From NCBI GenBank assembly GCA_043228905.1, contig JBHGNT010000085.1, positions 1 to 64,000 of the forward strand: DNA of 64,000 bases, given 5' to 3'. The notes under the pieces are model-generated. The model searched no databases and was not told the origin of the DNA. It saw only the letters and a list, made by a program, of their open reading frames with translations. Below are positions 56,470 through 64,000 of this stretch, piece after piece. Made by a program: the position numbers and the translations under genes. Each line of letters begins with the position of its first letter. Position 1 is the stretch's first letter. The stretch is from Azolla caroliniana. Lineage: Eukaryota; Plantae; Polypodiophyta.

Positions 56470-59400
56470 TTCAAACATGGGAATCGAAGCTAACAACGCT
56501 AGCTATGATATGGAATTAAAAAATCAAGATTTTGAAACTCAGATCAAGAGACATGACGAAATTACCAAATTTGAGGAGTGAGTTGAGAAGAGCTAGGAGG
56601 TAAATTAAAATGGTCATACCTGGCTCGTGTGATATCGGATTTTTGTGTTCAAACATGCGAATCGAAACTAACAACGCTAGCTATGATATGGAATTAAAAA
56701 ATCAAGATTTTGAAATTCGGGTCGAGAGATATGAAGAAATTAGGAAATTTGAGGAGCTAGTGGAGAAGAGCGGGTTAGTAAATTAAAATGTTCATACCTG
56801 GCTCGTGTGATATCGGATTTTTGTGTTGTAAAATGCGAATCGAAGCTAACAACGTTAGCTATTATATGGAATGAAAAAATCAAGATTTTGAAACTCAGGT
56901 CGAGAGACAGGACGAAATTACCAAATTTGAGGAGTGAGTTGAGAGGAGCCCTTGAGTAAATGAAAATGTTCATACCTGGCTCGTGTAATATCGGATTTTT
57001 GTGTTCAAACATGGCAATCGAAGCTAACAACGCTAGCTATGATATGGAATTAAAAAATCAAGATTTTGAAACTCCGGTCGAGAGACATGAGGAAATTACC
57101 AAATTTGAGGAGTGAGTTGAGAGGAGCCCTTGAGTAAATGAAAATGTTCATACCTGGCTCGTGTAATATCGGATTTTTGTGTTCAAACATGCGAATCGAA
57201 GCTAACAACGCTAGCTATGATATGGAATTAAAAATTAAGATTTTGAAACTCAGGTCGAGAGACATGACGAAATTTCCAAATTTGAGGAGTGAGTTGAGAG
57301 GAGCCCTTGAGTAAATTAAAATGTTCATACCTGGCTCGTGTGATATCGGATTTTTGTGTTCAAACATGGCAATCGAAGCTAACAACGCTAGCTATGATAT
57401 GGAATTAAAAAATCAAGATTTTGAAACTCAGATCAAGAGACATGAGGAAATTACCAAATTTGAGGAGTGAGTTGAGAAGAGCTAGGAGGTAAATCAAAAT
57501 GTTCATACCTGGCTCGTGTGATATCGAATTTTTGTGTTCAAACATGCGAATCGAAGATAACAACGCTAGCTATGATATGGAATTAAAAAATCAAGATTTT
57601 GAAACTCCGGTCGAGAGACATGACGAAATTTCCAAATTTGAGGAGTGAGTTGAGAGGAGCCCTTGAGTAAATTAAAATGTTCATACCTGGCTCGTGTGAT
57701 ATCGGATTTTTGTGTTCAAACATGCGAATCGAAGCTAACAACGCTAGCTATGATATGGAATTAAAAAATACAGATTTTGAAACTCAGATCAAGAGACATG
57801 ACGAAATTACCAAATTTGAGGAGTGAGTTGAGAAGAGCTAGGAGGTAAATTAAAATGGTCATACCTGGCTCGTGTGATATCGAATTTTTGTGTTCAAACA
57901 TGCGAATCGAAGATAACAACGCTAGCTATAATATGGAATTAAAAAATCAAGATTTTGAAACTCAGGTCGAGAGACATGACGAAATTACCAAATTTCAGGA
58001 GTGAGTTGAGAGGAGCCCTTGAGTAAATGAAAATGTTCATACCTGGCTCGTATCATATCGGATTTTTGTGTTCAAACATGGGAATCGAAGCTAACAACGC
58101 TAGCTATGATATGGAATTAAAAAATCAAGATTTTGAAACTCAGATCAAGAGACATGACGAAATTACCAAATTTGAGGAGTGAGTTGAGAAGAGCTAGGAG
58201 GTAAATTAAAATGGTCATACCTGGCTCGTGTGATATCGGATTTTTGTGTTCAAACATGCGAATCGAAACTAACAACGCTAGCTATGATATGGAATTAAAA
58301 AATCAAGATTTTGAAATTCGGGTCGAGAGATATGAAGAAATTAGGAAATTTGAGGAGCTAGTGGAGAAGAGCGGGTTAGTAAATTAAAATGTTCATACCT
58401 GGCTCGTGTGATATCGGATTTTTGTGTTGTAAAATGCGAATCGAAGCTAACAACGTTAGCTATTATATGGAATGAAAAAATCAAGATTTTGAAACTCAGG
58501 TCGAGAGACAGGACGAAATTACCAAATTTGAGGAGTGAGTTGAGAGGAGCCCTTGAGTAAATGAAAATGTTCATACCTGGCTCGTGTAATATCGGATTTT
58601 TGTGTTCAAACATGGCAATCGAAGCTAACAACGCTAGCTATGATATGGAATTAAAAAATCAAGATTTTGAAACTCCGGTCGAGAGACATGAGGAAATTAC
58701 CAAATTTGAGGAGTGAGTTGAGAGGAGCCCTTGAGTAAATGAAAATGTTCATACCTGGCTCGTGTAATATCGGATTTTTGTGTTCAAACATGCGAATCGA
58801 AGCTAACAACGCTAGCTATGATATGGAATTAAAAATTAAGATTTTGAAACTCAGGTCGAGAGACATGACGAAATTTCCAAATTTGAGGAGTGAGTTGAGA
58901 GGAGCCCTTGAGTAAATTAAAATGTTCATACCTGGCTCGTGTGATATCGGATTTTTGTGTTCAAACATGGCAATCGAAGCTAACAACGCTAGCTATGATA
59001 TGGAATTAAAAAATCAAGATTTTGAAACTCAGATCAAGAGACATGAGGAAATTACCAAATTTGAGGAGTGAGTTGAGAAGAGCTAGGAGGTAAATCAAAA
59101 TGTTCATACCTGGCTCGTGTGATATCGAATTTTTGTGTTCAAACATGCGAATCGAAGATAACAACGCTAGCTATGATATGGAATTAAAAAATCAAGATTT
59201 TGAAACTCCGGTCGAGAGACATGACGAAATTTCCAAATTTGAGGAGTGAGTTGAGAGGAGCCCTTGAGTAAATTAAAATGTTCATACCTGGCTCGTGTGA
59301 TATCGGATTTTTGTGTTCAAACATGCGAATCGAAGCTAACAACGCTAGCTATGATATGGAATTAAAAAATACAGATTTTGAAACTCAGATTAAGAGACAT

Positions 59401-59670
59401 GACGAAATTACCAAATTTGAGGAGTGAGTTGAGAAGAGCTAGGAGGTAAATTAAAATGGTCATACCTGGCTCGTGTGATATCGAATTTTTGTGTTCAAAC
59501 ATGCGAATCGAAGATAACAACGCTAGCTATAATATGGAATTAAAAAATCAAGATTTTGAAACTCAGGTCGAGAGACATGACGAAATTACCAAATTTCAGG
59601 AGTGAGTTGAGAGGAGCCCTTGAGTAAATGAAAATGTTCATACCTGGCTCGTATCATATCGGATTTTTGT
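56470..59670. repeat. 9-monomer tandem duplication (1601-bp period, 2 copies)
   Basis: Marker monomer at 56740 and 58341. The variant GAGACAGGACG was seen only near 56909 and 58510. Confidence 0.9.
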
Positions 59671-62600
59671 GTTCAAACATGCGAATCGAAGCTAACAACG
59701 CTAGCTATGATATGGAATTAAAAAATCAAGATTTTGAAACTCAGGTCGAGAGACATGACGAAATTACCAAATTTGAGGAGTGAGTTGAGAAGAGCTAGGA
59801 GGTAAATTAAAATGTTCATACCTGGCTCGTGTGATATCGAATTTTTGTGTTCAAACATGCGAATCGAAGCTAACAACACTAGCTATGATATGGAATTAAA
59901 AAATCAAGATTTTGAAACTCCGGTCGAGAGACATGACGAAATTTCCAAATTTGAGGAGTGAGTTGAGAGGAGCCCTTGAGTAAATTAAAATGTTCATACC
60001 TGGCTCGTGTGATATCGGATTTTTGTGTTCAAACATGGGAATCGAAGCTAACAACGCTAGCTATGATATGGAATTAAAAAATCAAGATTTTGAAACTCAG
60101 ATCAAGAGACATGACGAAATTACCAAATTTGAGGAGTGAGTTGAGAAGAGCTAGGAGGTAAATTGAAATGTTCATACCTGGCTCGTGTGATATCGAATTT
60201 TTGTGTTCAAACATGGGAATCGAAGATAACAACGCTAGCTATAATATGGAATTAAAAAATCAAGATTTTGAAACTCAGGTCGAGAGACATGACGAGATTA
60301 CCAAATTTGAGGAGTCAGTTGAGAGGAGCCCTTGAGTAAATGAAAATGTTCATACCTGGCTCGTGTAATATCGGATTTTTGTGTTCAAACATGCGAATCG
60401 AAGCTAACAACGCTAGCTATGATATGGAATTAAAAATCAAGATTTTGAAACTCAGGTCGAGAGACATGACGAAATTACCAAATTTCAGGAGTGAGTTGAG
60501 AAGAGCCCTTGAGTAAATGAAAATGTTCATACCTGGCTCGTGTAATATCGGATTTTTGTGTTCAAACATGCGAATCGAAGCTAACAACGCTAGCTATGAT
60601 ATGGAATTAAAAAATCAAGATTTTGAAACTCAGGTCGAGAGACATGACGAAATTACCAAATTTGAGGAGTCACTTGAGAGGAGCCCTTGAGTAAATGAAA
60701 ATGTTCATACCTGGCTCGTGTAATATCGGATTTTTGTGTTCAAACATGCGTATCGAAGCTAACAACGCTAGCTATGATATGGAATTAAAAAATCAAGATT
60801 TTGAAACTCCGGTCGAGAGACATGACGAAATTTCCAAATTTGAGGAGTGAGTTGAGAGGAGCCCTTGAGTAAATTAAAATGTTCATACCTGGCTCGTATC
60901 ATATCGGATTTTTGTGTTCAAACATGCGAATCAAAGCTAACAACCCTAGCTATGATATGGAATTAAAAAATCAAGATTTTGAAACTCAGATCAAGAGACA
61001 TGACGAAATTACCAAATTTGAGGAGTGAGTTGAGAAGAGCTAGGAGGTAAATTAAAATGGTCATACCTGGCTCGTGTGATATCGGATTTTTGTGTTCAAA
61101 CATGCGAATCGAAACTAACAACGCTAGCTATGATATGGAATTAAAAAATCAAGATTTTGAAATTCGGGTCGAGAGATATGAAGAAATTAGGAAATTTGAG
61201 GAGCTAGTGGAGAAGAGCGGGTTAGTAAATTAAAATGTTCATACCTGGCTCGTGTGATATCGGATTTTTGTGTTGTAAAATGCGAATCGAAGCTAACAAC
61301 GTTAGCTATTATATGGAATGAAAAAATCAAGATTTTGAAACTCAGGTCGAGAGACATGACGAAATTTCCAAATTTGAGGAGTGAGTTGAGAGGAGCCCTT
61401 GAGTAAATTAAAATGTTCATACCTGGCTCGTGTGATATCGGATTTTTGTGTTCAAACATGGCAATCGAAGCTAACAACGGTAGCTATGATATGGAATTAA
61501 AAAATCAAGATTTTGAAACTCAGATCAAGAGACATGAGGAAATTACCAAATTTGAGGAGTGAGTTGAGAAGAGCTAGGAGGTAAATCAAAATGTTCATAC
61601 CTGGCTCGTGTGATATCGAATTTTTGTGTTCAAACATGCGAATCGAAGATAACAACGCTAGCTATGATATGGAATTAAAAAATCAAGATTTTGAAACTCA
61701 GGTCGAGAGACATGACGAAATTACCAAATTTGAGGAGTGAGTTGAGAGGAGCCCTTGAGTAAATGAAAATGTTCATACCTGGCTCGTGTAATATCGGATT
61801 TTTGTGTTCAAACATGCGAATCGAAGCTAACAACGCTAGCTATGATATGGAATTAAAAATTAAGATTTTGAAACTCAGGTCGAGAGACATGACGAAATTA
61901 CCAAATTTGAGGAGTGAGTTGAGAAGAGCCCTTGAGTAAATGAAAATGTTCATACCTGGCTCGTGTAATATCGGATTTTTGTGTTCAAACATGCGAATCG
62001 AAGCTAACAACGCTAGCTATGATATGGAATTAAAAAATCAAGATTTTGAAACTCAGGTCGAGAGACATGACGAAATTACCAAATTTGAGGAGTGAGTTGA
62101 GAGGAGCCCTTGAGTAAATGAAAATGTTCATACCTGGCTCGTGTAATATCGGATTTTTGTGTTCAAACATGGCAATCGAAGCTAACAACGCTAGCTATGA
62201 TATGGAATTAAAAAATCAAGATTTTGAAACTCCGGTCGAGAGACATGAGGAAATTACCAAATTTGAGGAGTGAGTTGAGAGGAGCCCTTGAGTAAATGAA
62301 AATGTTCATACCTGGCTCGTGTAATATCGGATTTTTGTGTTCAAACATGCGAATCGAAGCTAACAACGCTAGCTATGATATGGAATTAAAAATTAAGATT
62401 TTGAAACTCAGGTCGAGAGACATGACGAAATTTCCAAATTTGAGGAGTGAGTTGAGAGGAGCCCTTGAGTAAATTAAAATGTTCATACCTGGCTCGTGTG
62501 ATATCGGATTTTTGTGTTCAAACATGGCAATCGAAGCTAACAACGCTAGCTATGATATGGAATTAAAAAATCAAGATTTTGAAACTCAGATCAAGAGACA

Positions 62601-64000
62601 TGAGGAAATTACCAAATTTGAGGAGTGAGTTGAGAAGAGCTAGGAGGTAAATCAAAATGTTCATACCTGGCTCGTGTGATATCGAATTTTTGTGTTCAAA
62701 CATGCGAATCGAAGATAACAACGCTAGCTATGATATGGAATTAAAAAATCAAGATTTTGAAACTCCGGTCGAGAGACATGACGAAATTTCCAAATTTGAG
62801 GAGTGAGTTGAGAGGAGCCCTTGAGTAAATTAAAATGTTCATACCTGGCTCGTGTGATATCGGATTTTTGTGTTCAAACATGCGAATCGAAGCTAACAAC
62901 GCTAGCTATGATATGGAATTAAAAAATACAGATTTTGAAACTCAGATCAAGAGACATGACGAAATTACCAAATTTGAGGAGTGAGTTGAGAAGAGCTAGG
63001 AGGTAAATTAAAATGGTCATACCTGGCTCGTGTGATATCGAATTTTTGTGTTCAAACATGCGAATCGAAGATAACAACGCTAGCTATAATATGGAATTAA
63101 AAAATCAAGATTTTGAAACTCAGGTCGAGAGACATGACGAAATTACCAAATTTCAGGAGTGAGTTGAGAGGAGCCCTTGAGTAAATGAAAATGTTCATAC
63201 CTGGCTCGTATCATATCGGATTTTTGTGTTCAAACATGCGAATCGAAGCTAACAACGCTAGCTATGATATGGAATTAAAAAATCAAGATTTTGAAACTCA
63301 GGTCGAGAGACATGACGAAATTACCAAATTTGAGGAGTGAGTTGAGAAGAGCTAGGAGGTAAATTAAAATGTTCATACCTGGCTCGTGTGATATCGAATT
63401 TTTGTGTTCAAACATGCGAATCGAAGCTAACAACACTAGCTATGATATGGAATTAAAAAATCAAGATTTTGAAACTCCGGTCGAGAGACATGACGAAATT
63501 TCCAAATTTGAGGAGTGAGTTGAGAAGAGCTAGGAGGTAAATTAAAATGTTCATACCTGGCTCGTGTGATATCGGATTTTTGTGTTCAAACATGCGAATC
63601 GAAACTAACAACGCTAGCTATGATATGGAATTAAAAAATCAAGATTTTGAAATTCGGGTCGAGACATATGAAGAAATTAGGAAATTTGAGGAGCTAGTGG
63701 AGAAGAGCGGGTTAGTAAATTAAAATGTTCATACCTGGCTCGTGTGATATCGGATTTTTGTGTTGGAAAATGCGAATCGAAGCTAACAACGTTAGCTATT
63801 ATATGGAATGAAAAAATCAAGATTTTGAAACTCAGGTCGAGAGACATGACGAAATTTCCAAATTTGAGGAGTGAGTTGAGAGGAGCCCTTGAGTAAATTA
63901 AAATGTTCATACCTGGCTCGTGTGATATCGGATTTTTGTGTTCAAACATGGCAATCGAAGCTAACAACGCTAGCTATGATATGGAATTAAAAAATACAGA

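Larger units (their letters stand above)
1..64000. repeat. Tandem satellite DNA array, 178-bp monomer (about 360 copies, single orientation), putatively centromeric/pericentromeric; extends beyond both window edges
   Basis: Unit TCGAGAGACATGACGAAATTACCAAATTTGAGGAGTGAGTTGAGA(G/A)GAGCCCTTGAGTAAATGAAAATGTTCATACCTGGCTCGTGTAATATCGGATTTTTGTGTTCAAACATGCGAATCGAAGCTAACAACGCTAGCTATGATATGGAATTAAAAAATCAAGATTTTGAAACTCAGG starts at 1, 179, 357 and continues with no non-satellite interruption seen. The satellite call is direct; the centromeric label is inferred from monomer size and HOR organisation. Confidence 0.99.

Noticed and set aside
21542-63967. Repeated 96-aa minus-strand ORFs (MLASIRMFEHKNPILHEPG...)
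   Set aside because: They span about 1.6 satellite monomers and are open only because the divergent monomer removes stop codons. I recognise no domain, and the substitutions simply follow satellite variants. They were useful only as positional markers.
1-64000. CRISPR-like array
   Set aside because: There are no unique spacers; the entire 178-bp unit is repeated, and no cas genes are present.
1-64000. 5S rDNA, tRNA or SL-RNA tandem gene array, or a transposon insertion
   Set aside because: I found no recognisable RNA gene structure, LTR, TIR, target-site duplication or non-satellite sequence.

Overview
The whole 64 kb window is one uninterrupted head-to-tail tandem satellite array of about 360 monomers, all in the same orientation. 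The monomer is 178 bp, with a common 177-bp variant, and is about 38% GC by hand count of one representative monomer. I found no gene, RNA gene, transposon insertion, inversion or CRISPR array. All listed ORFs are incidental read-throughs of satellite monomers. The nucleosome-sized monomer and extensive higher-order repeat (HOR) structure resemble a eukaryotic centromeric or pericentromeric satellite, but I cannot name the family or species, and centromere function is inference only. The informative signal is in the variant pattern. There are local HORs of 2, 4, 5, 7, 9, 13 and 14 monomers, some nested or derived from one another, and dispersed multi-kb duplications. A roughly 11%-divergent marker monomer appears only after 21.5 kb and recurs 22 times. 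There are also chimeric monomers and a left-to-right turnover of diagnostic variants. Block boundaries were read by eye and are approximate to about one monomer. Offsets between marker variants were counted directly.
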